From positions 64,001 through 128,000 of the forward strand of contig CAWCKJ010000012.1 of NCBI GenBank assembly GCA_963796105.1: a DNA stretch of 64,000 bases, given 5' to 3'. Below are positions 51,203-61,843 of this stretch, piece by piece (positions within the stretch are counted from its first letter, which is position 1; every line of letters starts with the position of its first letter). A model generated the notes under the pieces. It was not told the DNA's origin and did not search any database. It saw only the letters and a program-made list of their open reading frames with translations. The translations under genes and the position numbers were made by a program. This DNA is from a candidate division FCPU426 bacterium. Its GTDB lineage: Bacteria; Oederibacteriota; Muellerivitia; Muellerivitales; Muellerivitaceae.

Positions 51203-51373
51203 TCGACTTTGGCAAATTTTAAAAAGCATGTCCCTAGTGTTGATTCCCCCCTTTGAAAAAGGGGGTTAGGGGGTATTAGTCGTTGTCAGAACGGTACGGA
51301 AAGACTAACTCCCCCTTTTTCCCCCTCTTTCAGAGGGGGAAACGCGGGGCAACCCGCGATTTGCCAAAGTTGA
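51203..51373. repeat. Palindromic REP/MITE-like element inside the efflux operon
   Basis: Terminal IR ACTTTGGCAAAT/ATTTGCCAAAGT enclosing two CCCCC..TTT..AAA..GGGGG hairpins and CGCGGG-GCAA-CCCGCG. Confidence 0.65.
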
Positions 51374-51385
51374 AAACCTATAAAT

Positions 51386-52111
51386 TTATTGGGGCAGGTC
51401 CGCTTCAAGGGTCATACCCAGCTTTAAGATTCCATCCGGATTGTCGAAAATCACTTTCACCGCGTAAACCAGGTTCGTGCGTTCCTGCCGGGTTTGAACG
51501 TTCTTCGGGGTAAACTCCGCCTCGTCACTGATATGCGTAATGGTCCCCTGGAAAACCTTACCCTTGAGCTCATTGAGCTTGGCGGTCACCTTTTGGCCAT
51601 AAGAAAGTTTCATCGGGACAGGCTGTGGCACGTAAAAAAGACACCAGACCTGGCGCAAGTCCGCAAGGGTGAAAAGCTTGGCGCCGGTGGGAACCCATTC
51701 CCCGGCCTCGTGGTACTTGGTCAAGACCCTTCCCAGGATGGGAGAGGTGACGTTGCACCATTTCACCCTCAGGTCCGCAAGTTCCTTTTGAGATTTCAGG
51801 TGGTTGAAGGTTTCCTCGGGGATGGAGCCGCTTTTAAAGAGCTTCAAACCCCGGTTATAGTCGTCGGCGGCTAGTCCCTGGGTGAGCTTGTAATCCTGTC
51901 CGTCCAGGACAGCCAGCGGCTGGCCCAACGTGACTGCAGAACCCTCGTCCACGGCCAGCGAGGCGATACTGGAAGCCACCTGGGAAGAAACGTCCACCTC
52001 AGTGGCCTCCACCGTCCCGGCGTACCCGAAGGCGTTGACCTTCACCCGCCAATAAATGAGAGCCCCCAAGCCCAAGATCACGGCCAACAGGATAGGGATT
52101 CTTTTTTTCAT
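51386..52111 (-). CDS. HlyD-family periplasmic adaptor (YbhG-like)
   Basis: GTVEATEV, AEFTPKNVQT...VY.VK. Confidence 0.9.
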   Translation of the reverse strand: MKKRIPILLAVILGLGALIYWRVKVNAFGYAGTVEATEVDVSSQVASSIASLAVDEGSAVTLGQPLAVLDGQDYKLTQGLAADDYNRGLKLFKSGSIPEETFNHLKSQKELADLRVKWCNVTSPILGRVLTKYHEAGEWVPTGAKLFTLADLRQVWCLFYVPQPVPMKLSYGQKVTAKLNELKGKVFQGTITHISDEAEFTPKNVQTRQERTNLVYAVKVIFDNPDGILKLGMTLEADLPQ

Positions 52112-52131
52112 GGTTTCTCTCCTTGAGTGGT

Positions 52132-53493
52132 TTAGCCCGTAAGGGACGAAAGGATCGACAACTGCATCAGCATCTGGATTTCATTGGAGACGGCCTGAAC
52201 CTGGGCGCCCAGGGCCTGGAAGTTGGCCGTCTGGACCTCCAGGAACCTTGCCCGCCCCGCCCGGTAGGAACTGTAGGTCAACTGGGCCAATTCCCCCGTT
52301 TCCGATACGGCTTTTTGGTTGGGCGACTCCTGGTACTTCAAGGACCTCAACGCGTCCTGGGCCTTGTTCCAATCCCTTTCCAGGTCGCAGCGCGCCTGGT
52401 CGAGGTTCTTTAGGTAAGCCTCGGACTGTTCCCGTTTGGAGTCCGAATCCCGGATAATCTGTCCCCAGTCAAACAGGGGCATCGTCGCGGTGATTCCCAC
52501 GGTGTTTTGCTGGATGGTTTCCACGATGGGCCCCATCGGATTCTGGTAACCGGCCTGGGCGTTCAGGGTGATCCGGGGCAGAAGCTGGGACCGCACCGCG
52601 TCCGATGCCGCCCGGGCCGATTCCGCCAGGAACGCGTAGGTTTTCAATTGGGGGACCGAATCGTCCGGCGGAACGGCGCTCTCCTTTTCGAGGGATTGCC
52701 GGGAATCCTTTTCGGAATCCAGGGTCACCCAAACAGTCGGTTCGGAAATCCCCTCGGGAAGGTTTCCCTCCAACCTCGCGTCCATGGGAAACGTGAGATC
52801 GGCCGGTTCCTTCCGCCCAACCAGGTCGAAAAGATCCCTCAAGGACTCGGCCAGGTTGGCCTGGGCCTGCCGGAACTGCCTTTCGTAATTGAGCACCTCC
52901 TGGTGGGAGGAAAGCAGGTCCATTCGGCTGGCCGTCCCGAAACGCGCCTGGTGGGCGATATCGGCATATTGGGCCTGTGCCACCTTCAGGGAATTTCCCA
53001 GGAGCCGGGCTTGCTCCAGGTTGATTTGGACCTGGAAATAGGCAAGCCTGACCGCCAATTTCAATTGCCGGTCCGTGGCGTCATAGGCCTGCTCCCGGGA
53101 CTTGAAAATCGCGTGCGCGCTGTTGGATAGATTGTGCTGGGACCGGAAGTCCCATACGTCCCAGGAGAGCACCGCGTAGGCGTCCCAGTTGTCATGGGTC
53201 CCAAAGGGAATACCGGGTATTTTAGGATTAACGGTCAATAGGGGAACATTGGTCTGGTAAAAATAAGTCCCAGTCAATCCCAGTCTGGGAAACTCGGCGG
53301 CATACCAGGAATCCGCTTCGCTTTGGGCCGCTTTCATGTCCCACCTGGCTGCTTGAAGTTTGGCGGAATTTTCATCAGCCGCCCGGATCATGTCGTAAAG
53401 GGAGAGGGAGACTCGCGCGTTTTGAGCTAGAGCTGGGTGAACGCCGAAAAGCGCCAAAAGACCAAAGACCCATTTCCGCTTCGTTTTTCTCAT
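52132..53493 (-). CDS. TolC-family outer-membrane efflux protein
   Basis: Signal peptide, two OEP repeats (VRLAYF, MPLFDWG, YRAG). Confidence 0.88.
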   Translation of the reverse strand: MRKTKRKWVFGLLALFGVHPALAQNARVSLSLYDMIRAADENSAKLQAARWDMKAAQSEADSWYAAEFPRLGLTGTYFYQTNVPLLTVNPKIPGIPFGTHDNWDAYAVLSWDVWDFRSQHNLSNSAHAIFKSREQAYDATDRQLKLAVRLAYFQVQINLEQARLLGNSLKVAQAQYADIAHQARFGTASRMDLLSSHQEVLNYERQFRQAQANLAESLRDLFDLVGRKEPADLTFPMDARLEGNLPEGISEPTVWVTLDSEKDSRQSLEKESAVPPDDSVPQLKTYAFLAESARAASDAVRSQLLPRITLNAQAGYQNPMGPIVETIQQNTVGITATMPLFDWGQIIRDSDSKREQSEAYLKNLDQARCDLERDWNKAQDALRSLKYQESPNQKAVSETGELAQLTYSSYRAGRARFLEVQTANFQALGAQVQAVSNEIQMLMQLSILSSLTG

Positions 53494-54191
53494 GAGAAGC
53501 CTCCCTTTTCCTCGTCGCTTTTCTTATTTCGGCCTCCTGCCACCGGTTGGTTTTTTCCCTTATCCGTCAACAGGCTGGCCAGGGCCAACTCAATCCTTTC
53601 CCGAATAGCGTCATCCGAGAGAACCAGGAAACTCAAGGCTTTTACTTCCAAGTCGAAGAACTTTGAGGCTCCCGAATGCTCAAAAACGCCCACCGCCAGG
53701 CTGGGCCCCACGACGGTTGGCATCATGAAGGCCACGATCCGGAAAAAGGGCATGGGACGGATCAACTTTTCTTTCCGGCATTGCCGGATCAGGTCCAGGA
53801 AAATGGGGACGTGCCGGGTGAAGTTCATTTTCACGAACTCTTGGACCGCCAGGTCCTGGTTCAGGACATCCTGGACCAGGCTCAACAGCAGGAGGCGGTT
53901 GTCGCGGGAGAACTGCCCGACTGTAAAGAGGGCCTGGCGGAGCTTGCCCAAGGGTTCCCTTTCCCCCTCGATGCGCAGGCTGAAGTTCTTCAGGAATTTC
54001 TCGTAGGCGTCCCCTAGGACCGCCCGGATAAACTTGTCCTTCGTCTTGAAGTGGTAGTGGAACATCCCGAGGTTTACCCCGGCCTTGGCGGATAATTGCC
54101 GCAGGTTGAGGCGGCTCAAGCCCGAATGGCGGAGCATTTCCAAACCGGTTTGAATCAATTTCTCGTCGATTTTCTGGGAAGGGCGGGTCAA
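53490..54191 (-). CDS. TetR/AcrR-family regulator
   Basis: HTH RQLSAKAGVNLGMFHYHFKTK. Confidence 0.92.
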   Translation of the reverse strand: MTRPSQKIDEKLIQTGLEMLRHSGLSRLNLRQLSAKAGVNLGMFHYHFKTKDKFIRAVLGDAYEKFLKNFSLRIEGEREPLGKLRQALFTVGQFSRDNRLLLLSLVQDVLNQDLAVQEFVKMNFTRHVPIFLDLIRQCRKEKLIRPMPFFRIVAFMMPTVVGPSLAVGVFEHSGASKFFDLEVKALSFLVLSDDAIRERIELALASLLTDKGKNQPVAGGRNKKSDEEKGGFS

Positions 54192-54217
54192 GGCGCCTCC
54201 TTTACTAGTCTTTTGTG

Positions 54218-54247
54218 TAATTATACTATTGTATAGTTATAGTGCAA
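54218..54247 (-). promoter_or_regulatory. Promoter with overlapping palindromic TetR operator candidate
   Basis: TTGCAC-N16-TATAAT on the minus strand, overlapped by TAATTATAC-N4-GTATAGTTA. Confidence 0.65.
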
Positions 54248-54315
54248 ATTTTATTTTCATATCTAGTTAGAGCCTCTATTTTTATTTCTATTATATATCG
54301 ATACGAAGAATTCTC

Positions 54316-55170
54316 TTAAGGTTGAGCGATGTGTGAAAATATCGGTCCCAATTTCTTTATTTCCCCAACCACCTTCTGAGCCTCTTCCAGGAGTTTTTCA
54401 GGGTGATCCGATTTCTTCGATTCCTCTTTTAAGTACTCTTCAATCAAAAGAAGTAGACCGGCGACATTCTTTTTTTTCTCGAAATCCATCTCCATGCCAG
54501 CCAAGCTTTGTTCCAGTAAGGAATAAAACTTTTGGAAAAGATTTGTGTCCACTTGCCCTGACACTTTCACCAGGCCGAGCATGTCGATCATGAGACGGTC
54601 CATTTTTTTCTCGATCTGAATTGCCTGGAGAGCCTCCGGAGCGAATGAAGGAAGAAGAACCTGGGTGAACAAGTTTCGCGCGGCATCCTGAACTTGCCCG
54701 AATAGCGCGTGCCTCCGGACAGTTTCCACCAGCTCTCCCGGCTCAAACTCGGGAGTTTCCCGAAAAAAAGCCCGTTGATCCCGGATGATGGAATTCTGGA
54801 GGCGGGCAAGTCCAACGGCGGTGCTGGACGCAAGAATAAATTGCAAAGCATCGCCCCATCGGTCCTGGCTTCCAACCGCCTTGATGATTCCTTTCCATTT
54901 ACCCTGCTCCCCTGCATCATCAAAAGTCTCATGCCATAGAATCTGGATTCTCTCCTCCAAACCCCTAAAACGGATCCACAGGGACGGACATTGACTGCCG
55001 CAAAGAAACTCGCTTTCAACCTCCTGGAGCCCCTCATACTCTTCCCTTTCCGAGATCAAGTCCGGGATCTTCTTAAAGGCCATAATTTCCATAAGAGCTT
55101 GACCGGCTTGATAGCAAAGCTCTCCCGCAGTAAATTCATTCTCGCAATCGATGGACAATTCGATGTTCAT
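54316..55170 (-). CDS. Hypothetical protein
   Basis: Long ORF whose ATG directly follows the upstream stop; no recognised motif. Confidence 0.6.
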   Translation of the reverse strand: MNIELSIDCENEFTAGELCYQAGQALMEIMAFKKIPDLISEREEYEGLQEVESEFLCGSQCPSLWIRFRGLEERIQILWHETFDDAGEQGKWKGIIKAVGSQDRWGDALQFILASSTAVGLARLQNSIIRDQRAFFRETPEFEPGELVETVRRHALFGQVQDAARNLFTQVLLPSFAPEALQAIQIEKKMDRLMIDMLGLVKVSGQVDTNLFQKFYSLLEQSLAGMEMDFEKKKNVAGLLLLIEEYLKEESKKSDHPEKLLEEAQKVVGEIKKLGPIFSHIAQP

Positions 55171-55171
55171 T

Positions 55172-56023
55172 TTAGTTCTCAAACTTTCCGGGTTCTCCCC
55201 CGTCAAGCAACGTCCTGATTTTCAAGGAATCGGAACTCACGGATGCCAAAACCCGCCCCATCTTGTCCGCCTGCCCCACTAACCCGGTTGTCGACTCAAT
55301 TCCCTGTTGGAATATCCGGATCAACCGTGTCACATCACTGTTAAGCCTCAGGGAGAGAAGTAAAGCTATAAGGCCATTGTAATCCACGCTTTGAAAATTC
55401 CGACGGCGAATTTCCTCCATCCATTCAGTGTCCTTAATACAATTTAAAAAATAATTATCGTCTCCGATATAAAGAATACCGCGCGGCCCCTCTTGATCTA
55501 TACCTTTTCCGAAAGCGCCAGCGACCTGCTCCAATCGAATCCTCATCTGATCCCCCGGCAATTCGGATGATGCCAATGGAATTTCAAGGCAAGGCAATTC
55601 CCCGCCGGGAGTAACGAGAAAAACGATGGAATTATTTCCAACACGAAAATCCCCTTCTCGCAGGAAAAACTTGATTGTTTCCAAAAGGTTCTTACCCAAC
55701 CGCCGCGGTTGGAACCGAGTGTTCATATTTTCACGGGTTAATTTTAGGTTTTTCAACCCCTGAGGAAGCCTTCCCGCCTCCAACCGCAGATCCAGAAGTT
55801 CATGCTGGGCCGTGGTCAAAAGCCCATCCATTTTAAGAATTAACTCTTCGATTTTAGACTGGGATTCTAATAACCATTGATCGGCCTGCTGAAAGCCGTT
55901 TTGGGACCGCCTGGTCCCAGAAGAGCCTTTCTTTTCCCGGCCTGCATGTAAGGAGAAATAGGCTCCGATTGCGGACATCAAAAGAAACAAGATTCCCGCA
56001 AAGGTGATGAGTGATAGATTCAA
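55172..56023 (-). CDS. Membrane-anchored coiled-coil protein, possibly degenerate RmuC-like
   Basis: N-terminal TM, coiled coil, alpha/beta core, C-terminal coiled coil. Confidence 0.55.
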   Translation of the reverse strand: MNLSLITFAGILFLLMSAIGAYFSLHAGREKKGSSGTRRSQNGFQQADQWLLESQSKIEELILKMDGLLTTAQHELLDLRLEAGRLPQGLKNLKLTRENMNTRFQPRRLGKNLLETIKFFLREGDFRVGNNSIVFLVTPGGELPCLEIPLASSELPGDQMRIRLEQVAGAFGKGIDQEGPRGILYIGDDNYFLNCIKDTEWMEEIRRRNFQSVDYNGLIALLLSLRLNSDVTRLIRIFQQGIESTTGLVGQADKMGRVLASVSSDSLKIRTLLDGGEPGKFEN

Positions 56024-56098
56024 GCTAACCCCCTTGAAAACGTAATATTATAACGGTCCCAAGGGATAGAGGATAGAAAACCGGATTGGGCTTTTAAT

Positions 56099-57145
56099 CT
56101 AAAGTTTTTCGCGTAGAAAATGATGTTTAATGTTTAGTGAGCTTTTCACCGTGGAGACAATTTTGCGCATCATCTCAACTGTTTCAACCGGATAATCCCC
56201 AATAGCGGTTTCCTCCGATAGCATAACAGCATCCGTACCATCCAATACGGCGTTAGCCACGTCGGTGGCTTCCGCGCGGGTGGGCCGGATATTGTGAACC
56301 ATGGATTCCAGCATCTGGGTGGCGGTAATAACTGGTACGCCTCTGAGGTTGGCCTTGTGAATCAGAAGTTTTTGTAAAACCGGTACCTTTTCAATTTCCA
56401 CCTGCACTCCCAAATCTCCCCTTGCCACCATAAGGACATCCGTTGCATTCAGGATCGAATCAATATTCTTTAACGCTTCCCCACGTTCGATCTTGGCCAC
56501 TGTCCGAATTTTTCTTCCTAGTTCCAAAGCGTACTCTTTGATTTTTTGGATGTCTTTAGCCTTTTCCACGAAAGAAACCCCGAATAGATCAACACCATGC
56601 TTGAGGCCGAATTCGAGGTAATTTAGATCTTCTTCAGTCACCGGCTCCACATAAAGACGCACCCCAGGAAGATTCAGGCCTTTAAAAGAATAAAGAATCC
56701 CTCCGATGAGGACTTTGCAATAAACATTTTTTCCCAAGACGCGCTGTACTTGAAGTTGTAGAAAACCGTCATTCAAGTAAATCAGCCCTCCCTTTTTCAC
56801 GCTTTTAAGGATTTGATCATAATTCACTGGCAACAAATCCGGGGTTCCAAGGAGTTTTCTAGTAGTCAATATCACTCTTTGGTTTTTCTTAAGTATGACA
56901 GGTTCCTTTTTAAGCTTGCCCAGACGGATCTTGGGTCCCGGCAGGTCAATCAAAATCTCAACAGGTCTTTTAACCTGGAAGGCCGTTTTTCGAATGCGGT
57001 GAATATCCTCTGCATGCTCCCGTAACGTACCATGGGCGAAATTGAGACGCGCGATGTCCATTCCAGCTAGGATCATCCGGCGGAGTATTTTTTCAGGTCT
57101 CGAAGCCGGTCCAATGGTGCAGACAATACTTGTTTTAGAGTTCAT
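56099..57145 (-). CDS. pyk: Pyruvate kinase (short form, no C domain)
   Basis: [54 protein letters not shown]. Confidence 0.95.
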   Translation of the reverse strand: MNSKTSIVCTIGPASRPEKILRRMILAGMDIARLNFAHGTLREHAEDIHRIRKTAFQVKRPVEILIDLPGPKIRLGKLKKEPVILKKNQRVILTTRKLLGTPDLLPVNYDQILKSVKKGGLIYLNDGFLQLQVQRVLGKNVYCKVLIGGILYSFKGLNLPGVRLYVEPVTEEDLNYLEFGLKHGVDLFGVSFVEKAKDIQKIKEYALELGRKIRTVAKIERGEALKNIDSILNATDVLMVARGDLGVQVEIEKVPVLQKLLIHKANLRGVPVITATQMLESMVHNIRPTRAEATDVANAVLDGTDAVMLSEETAIGDYPVETVEMMRKIVSTVKSSLNIKHHFLREKL

Positions 57146-58056
57146 GCCTTTCCCTTTCGAGTTTGACGATAGCCCAATTCATTCAACCATTTGTCGTCTT
57201 TTCTCCAATCCTTTAGGATCTTTACCCAAAGCTCCAGGAAAACCTTCTGACCCGTCAACTTTTCAATTTCCTTACGAGCGGCAGTACCTATCGATTTTAG
57301 TTGCTGACCTTTTGTGCCGATCAATATTCCCTTTTGGCTTTCTTTCTCAGCGAATATCGTTGCTTGAATCAGGATGGGCTCTGGCGGCTGGCGTTCCTCG
57401 TATTTCTCAATGCTTACAGCTACCCCGTAAGGTATTTCCTGTTTTAGCTGGAGAAAACATTGTTCCCTGATAAGTTCCGAGGCGATTTCCCTCATGGTCT
57501 TGTCGGTCAAATCCTCACCGGGAAAAAGGGGAGGCTGGTGCGGAAGGAGATCCTTTAGTTCCTTTAAAACTTCCGGAATACCCCGGCCAGATACCGCCGC
57601 AATCCTAAATTGAGGCCAACTGCCAACCAGTTCCCTCGCTTTTTGGGCCACTTCCCCAATTCGAGCGGACCCTGCCTGGTCAATTTTGTTGAGCAGCAGT
57701 AATACGGGTTTCTGACACGGCTTTAGCCAATCGGCCAACAATTGATCCTCGTCAGTAATCCCATCCCGCACATCCAGGAGAAACAATACGGCGTCAGATC
57801 CATTTAAGGCCTCCTCCGCCTGGGCCACCATGTAATGAGATAGTTTGTTCTTACCTTGGTGTACTCCCGGAGTGTCGTAAAAAGCGATTTGAGCTTGTTC
57901 ATCCTGGAAAATCCCCGCCATGGAGGATCGGGTGGTTTGAGGTCTCGGAGAAACGATAGCAACCTTTTGGCCCAAGACCGTATTTAAAAAGGTGGACTTT
58001 CCCACGTTTGGACGGCCGAGGATGGCCACTGTACCTGAGATAAATTCCGAATTCAT
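57142..58056 (-). CDS. era: GTPase Era
   Basis: [24 protein letters not shown] domain. Confidence 0.97.
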   Translation of the reverse strand: MNSEFISGTVAILGRPNVGKSTFLNTVLGQKVAIVSPRPQTTRSSMAGIFQDEQAQIAFYDTPGVHQGKNKLSHYMVAQAEEALNGSDAVLFLLDVRDGITDEDQLLADWLKPCQKPVLLLLNKIDQAGSARIGEVAQKARELVGSWPQFRIAAVSGRGIPEVLKELKDLLPHQPPLFPGEDLTDKTMREIASELIREQCFLQLKQEIPYGVAVSIEKYEERQPPEPILIQATIFAEKESQKGILIGTKGQQLKSIGTAARKEIEKLTGQKVFLELWVKILKDWRKDDKWLNELGYRQTRKGKA

Positions 58057-58113
58057 TTACTCACCTAACTGCAGGGACATTCATGTCATTAAAGAAATAC
58101 GATTCAATATTTT

Positions 58114-58881
58114 TCATGCGGCTTCAAGCCTTCTGGAAATATCGAATATCTGGTCTTCCTTAATTTCAAATCGGCTTAACATTTCCTTCGGATAATCCAA
58201 CACGCAGGTTTTTTTCGGCTCATGGCCGTCTGAACCCATCGAAAATTTCACGCCGTTATCCAACGCTTTTTTCATGAGCCGATCATAGGGAGTGCGCCAC
58301 CGGTTGGAAATTTCCATCGCGGTTCCCTTTTCCAATAGAAGGCCGATCAGCTCATCCTCCCACCACTCGGGAAATATTTCCTCGGGTTTTCCTAATGCTA
58401 AAGGCGGGAGCATGGTACAGTGCCCTAAAATGTCGTATTTCTGATCGCCCAATTCCTTTTTCAATAAATCCAAGTGAATCTTGAAGAAAAAAGACAAATC
58501 CTTGATTTGTTCCACGGGATTGTAGGTTGGCATCTCACCCTTCAGAAACTTGAGAAGATGGCTGAAACTTAATCGGATCCCATTCACATTGATGCCATGC
58601 ACGCTGCCAATTAAGTAATCAAGGCGGTCCCTAGCCTCCGGAGCCAGGAGAAATCCTCGGCCTAAATCCATTTCCAGGCCACGGGCGACAGGATATTGGC
58701 CTAGAAAGTCGGCATAGGCGATCAATCTATCATTGGAATTCAGGTAATCCTCCAACCCGGCGTGGTCAGACAAACCCACCCTAATATCTTCCTCGGCCGC
58801 CCTTTTAAGCACTTGCTCAATGGATTGACTGCCGTCCGACCATTCCGCTGTATGGGTATGGCAATCCAGCAATTTTTTCAC
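58114..58881 (-). CDS. PHP-domain phosphoesterase
   Basis: DCHTHT, SDH, GSVH, GH, GSDGH. Confidence 0.88.
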   Translation of the reverse strand: MKKLLDCHTHTAEWSDGSQSIEQVLKRAAEEDIRVGLSDHAGLEDYLNSNDRLIAYADFLGQYPVARGLEMDLGRGFLLAPEARDRLDYLIGSVHGINVNGIRLSFSHLLKFLKGEMPTYNPVEQIKDLSFFFKIHLDLLKKELGDQKYDILGHCTMLPPLALGKPEEIFPEWWEDELIGLLLEKGTAMEISNRWRTPYDRLMKKALDNGVKFSMGSDGHEPKKTCVLDYPKEMLSRFEIKEDQIFDISRRLEAA

Positions 58882-60275
58882 GGGTCAGGACTTTTCGTTT
58901 GTGGGGCTTCCCCGGTTTCGAACGAAGGCGAAGGTTTTATCTTTTTTTTCCTGGGTTTATGCGTTGGTTTCAGAACCGGCACCGGCTCCGGCAGAGGCGT
59001 CTCCCTCTTGACGATCTTGACCTTGATAATTTTTCTATCGCTGGCCTCCAAAACGGTATATATAGCCTCCCTATCCTCAATCACCTTTCCTTTCTTGGGG
59101 AAACGCCCTACCCTCTTACTCAAGTATCCCCCAAACGTTGCCACATCCCCGTCGGAAGAAAGATAAATCCCCGTAGCTTCGTTCACATCATCCAAGGGTA
59201 TGCCTGCGTCCACGATCCAGGAACCGTCCTCTTGCTTAGCAATAGGTTTTTCCTCCTCGCTGTCGTATTCATCACGGATTTCCCCCACGATTTCCTCCAC
59301 TAGGTCTTCCATTGTGACTAAACCTGCGGTCCCCCCATACTCATCAACCACGACAGCCATGTGTATACCATCCCTCTGGAATTCCCTTAGGAGACGATCC
59401 ACCCTCATGGTTTCCGGCACAAAATGAGGTTTACGTAGAAGGTCCTGGAGCACAATGAGTTCTTTGTTTTTCCAGATTGAAATCAAGTCCCGGGTATTTA
59501 CGATCCCCACGATGTTGTCCAAAGTTCCTTTAAAAACCGGCATACGGGAAAAACCGTTTTGCACAACCAAATCCAATAAGCGATCAAGGTTGGTGTTGAT
59601 ATCCACACAAAACATCTCTGTGCGGGGTATCATGACTTCATTCACTTTGGTGTCGGTGAATTTAAGAACGGAATGGATCATATCCGTTTCCTCTTCCTGT
59701 ATGGTTCCAGCCTCTCGGCCCATCTCAACCATATGTTTAATATCCTCTTCAGTGACCTGGGATACGGTTGGATGTCCCACCTTTGATAAAAATAATCCCA
59801 TGGCATGAACCAAAAGCCAGGTAAAAGGGTTTAAAATCCGGTCAAAAAGATAAATAGGCACAACTAGCCATGTGGCAGCCCAGATGGAATTGGCCCTCGC
59901 GGCAACCTTGGGAATAACCTCTCCAAAGACGATCAGAATGAAAGTCACCGCGATAAAAGCCACGCTTCCCACGGCTGTTCGATTCCAATTGAGGACCTCA
60001 GCCACATGAACGGCGGTATATGCGGAAAGGGTCGTAGCGGCGATGTTGACGGCGTTATTACCTATGAGAATGGAGGTAAGAATCCGGTTGGGATGATCCT
60101 GCCATTCCTTAAATGCCCGCCCTAGAATGCTCGGGTGCCTGGACTTGCTATCCAACATGGGTTTGGGAAAGGACAACAACCCCGTTTCTACGGCGGAAAA
60201 GAACATGGAAACAAGGACCAGCGCGGCAAGAACAACCAGATGGGAAAAAAGATAGTTTTCCACAAGTTCATTCAC
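58878..60275 (-). CDS. CNNM/HlyC/CorC-family transporter (DUF21-CBS-CorC)
   Basis: [39 protein letters not shown]. Confidence 0.94.
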   Translation of the reverse strand: MNELVENYLFSHLVVLAALVLVSMFFSAVETGLLSFPKPMLDSKSRHPSILGRAFKEWQDHPNRILTSILIGNNAVNIAATTLSAYTAVHVAEVLNWNRTAVGSVAFIAVTFILIVFGEVIPKVAARANSIWAATWLVVPIYLFDRILNPFTWLLVHAMGLFLSKVGHPTVSQVTEEDIKHMVEMGREAGTIQEEETDMIHSVLKFTDTKVNEVMIPRTEMFCVDINTNLDRLLDLVVQNGFSRMPVFKGTLDNIVGIVNTRDLISIWKNKELIVLQDLLRKPHFVPETMRVDRLLREFQRDGIHMAVVVDEYGGTAGLVTMEDLVEEIVGEIRDEYDSEEEKPIAKQEDGSWIVDAGIPLDDVNEATGIYLSSDGDVATFGGYLSKRVGRFPKKGKVIEDREAIYTVLEASDRKIIKVKIVKRETPLPEPVPVLKPTHKPRKKKIKPSPSFETGEAPQTKSPDP

Positions 60276-60727
60276 GGTTCGAATCCTCGAAGGATTTTAT
60301 CCTGTAGTCCAAACATTCTTTTTTTTTGAACTGGTGTCGCATGATCATAACCTAATAGATGGAGAATGCCATGCATAAGAAGAAGGGCCAATTCCTGGCG
60401 AAAATCTTTTCCGTGTTCGGATGCCTGTCGTTTGGTTTGGGCAACGCTGATGACGACATCCCCAAGCGGCAGGTAAAGTTCACTCCCAGCCATCAGTCTT
60501 TTTCCTTCCAATAAGGGAAAAGACAACACATCCGTTGTTCGATTTTTTCCCCTGTAAAGCTTATTCAACTTCCTGACTTCTAAATCACCCGTTAGAACAA
60601 TGGAAAGTTCTGATTTCTTTTCGAATTCCTTTCCTTTTGTCTGGGTCAGGACAATCGAAGCGACTTGTTTCAACCATGCCGTGGAAACGCTCTCTCCTTT
60701 TAAAGAAGATCGGACCAAAAGCCTCAT
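60272..60727 (-). CDS. ybeY: rRNA maturation endoribonuclease YbeY
   Basis: TDVLSFP, LGDVVIS, HGILHLLGYDH. Confidence 0.97.
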   Translation of the reverse strand: MRLLVRSSLKGESVSTAWLKQVASIVLTQTKGKEFEKKSELSIVLTGDLEVRKLNKLYRGKNRTTDVLSFPLLEGKRLMAGSELYLPLGDVVISVAQTKRQASEHGKDFRQELALLLMHGILHLLGYDHATPVQKKRMFGLQDKILRGFEP

Positions 60728-61713
60728 TGTGGTCTTTCCTTATTTCCCGTTTCTTCGGTCTTGTAGGCTTCCAGGATATTTTGAACCAACCGGTGTCTCA
60801 CTACATCCTTCGAATCGAATAACACGAATTTTATACCTTCCACCTTGGAGAGGATTCGCCGTACCTCAATAAGCCCTGATACCTTCCCGGTCGGAAGATC
60901 GATTTGGGTCACGTCTCCCGTAACGACCATTTTAGAACCAGTCCCCATGCGGGTGAGGAACATCTTCATTTGTTCCGGGCTTGTGTTCTGCCCCTCATCC
61001 AGAATAATGAATGCGTTGGAAAGTGTCCGTCCGCGCATGTAGGCCAGCGGAGCCACCTCCACCAGTCTTTGCTGGAACAGCCTCTGAAGTTTCTCGTATT
61101 CCACCATGTCGTAAAGAGCGTCATACAGCGGTCGTAAATAGGGGTCAACCTTCTCCTGCAAGTCCCCCGGCAGAAAACCTAGCTTTTCCCCAGCTTCCAC
61201 AGCCGGCCTGGTTAAAATGAGTCTTTCCACGTCACCGTTTCTAAGCGCCGCGACAGCCGTGGCCATGGCCAGGTAGGTTTTGCCTGTTCCAGCGGGACCG
61301 ATCCCCACGACAATATCGTGGGTTTTTATGGCTTCCACGTATTTTTTCTGATTGTCCGATCTAGGAAAAATGGGTTTTTTACGGGAGGAAATCAACACAG
61401 GCTCTTTTGTTACCGTTTCGTCCGTCTGTTCCGGGCTTTCCCCCCTGATTTCCCCAATTAATTTGCGGACCGCCCCGCTGGTGACATAACCCTCGTGCCC
61501 TTTTTTCAAATGACTTCTAAGTCGTTCAATCACTTGGATGGCGTGGGAAACCTCCAAAGGTTCCCCGGAAAGAATGATTTCGTTGCCCCGTGCCACTACC
61601 GTTATGGCGAAGGAATCCCGGAGAAGCTTCAGAGTATGGTCGTTTTCACCCAACAACTGAAGGCATTCCTGCTGGTCTTCCAACGTGATTCGACGGTTGA
61701 CTGCTTGAGACAA
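60724..61713 (-). CDS. phoH: PhoH-family ATPase (YbeZ-like)
   Basis: GPAGTGKTYLA, RPAVEAGEKLGFLPG, AYMRGRT, DVVRH. Confidence 0.96.
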   Translation of the reverse strand: MSQAVNRRITLEDQQECLQLLGENDHTLKLLRDSFAITVVARGNEIILSGEPLEVSHAIQVIERLRSHLKKGHEGYVTSGAVRKLIGEIRGESPEQTDETVTKEPVLISSRKKPIFPRSDNQKKYVEAIKTHDIVVGIGPAGTGKTYLAMATAVAALRNGDVERLILTRPAVEAGEKLGFLPGDLQEKVDPYLRPLYDALYDMVEYEKLQRLFQQRLVEVAPLAYMRGRTLSNAFIILDEGQNTSPEQMKMFLTRMGTGSKMVVTGDVTQIDLPTGKVSGLIEVRRILSKVEGIKFVLFDSKDVVRHRLVQNILEAYKTEETGNKERPQ

Positions 61714-61770
61714 AAATTCCTCCCATATTTCCTTGGATTAAAGACATCCTTTCAAAAAAGAACTGTAAAT

Positions 61771-61805
61771 AAAAACTCCCTTTCCCACTGGGGGAAAGGG
61801 AGTTT
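61771..61805 (-). terminator. Intrinsic terminator after the LysM gene
   Basis: AAACTCCCTTTCCC...GGGAAAGGGAGTTT. Confidence 0.8.
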
Positions 61806-61843
61806 ATCCACTTCAAGCTTTTTAGAAATTCGGCCCAATAGGA

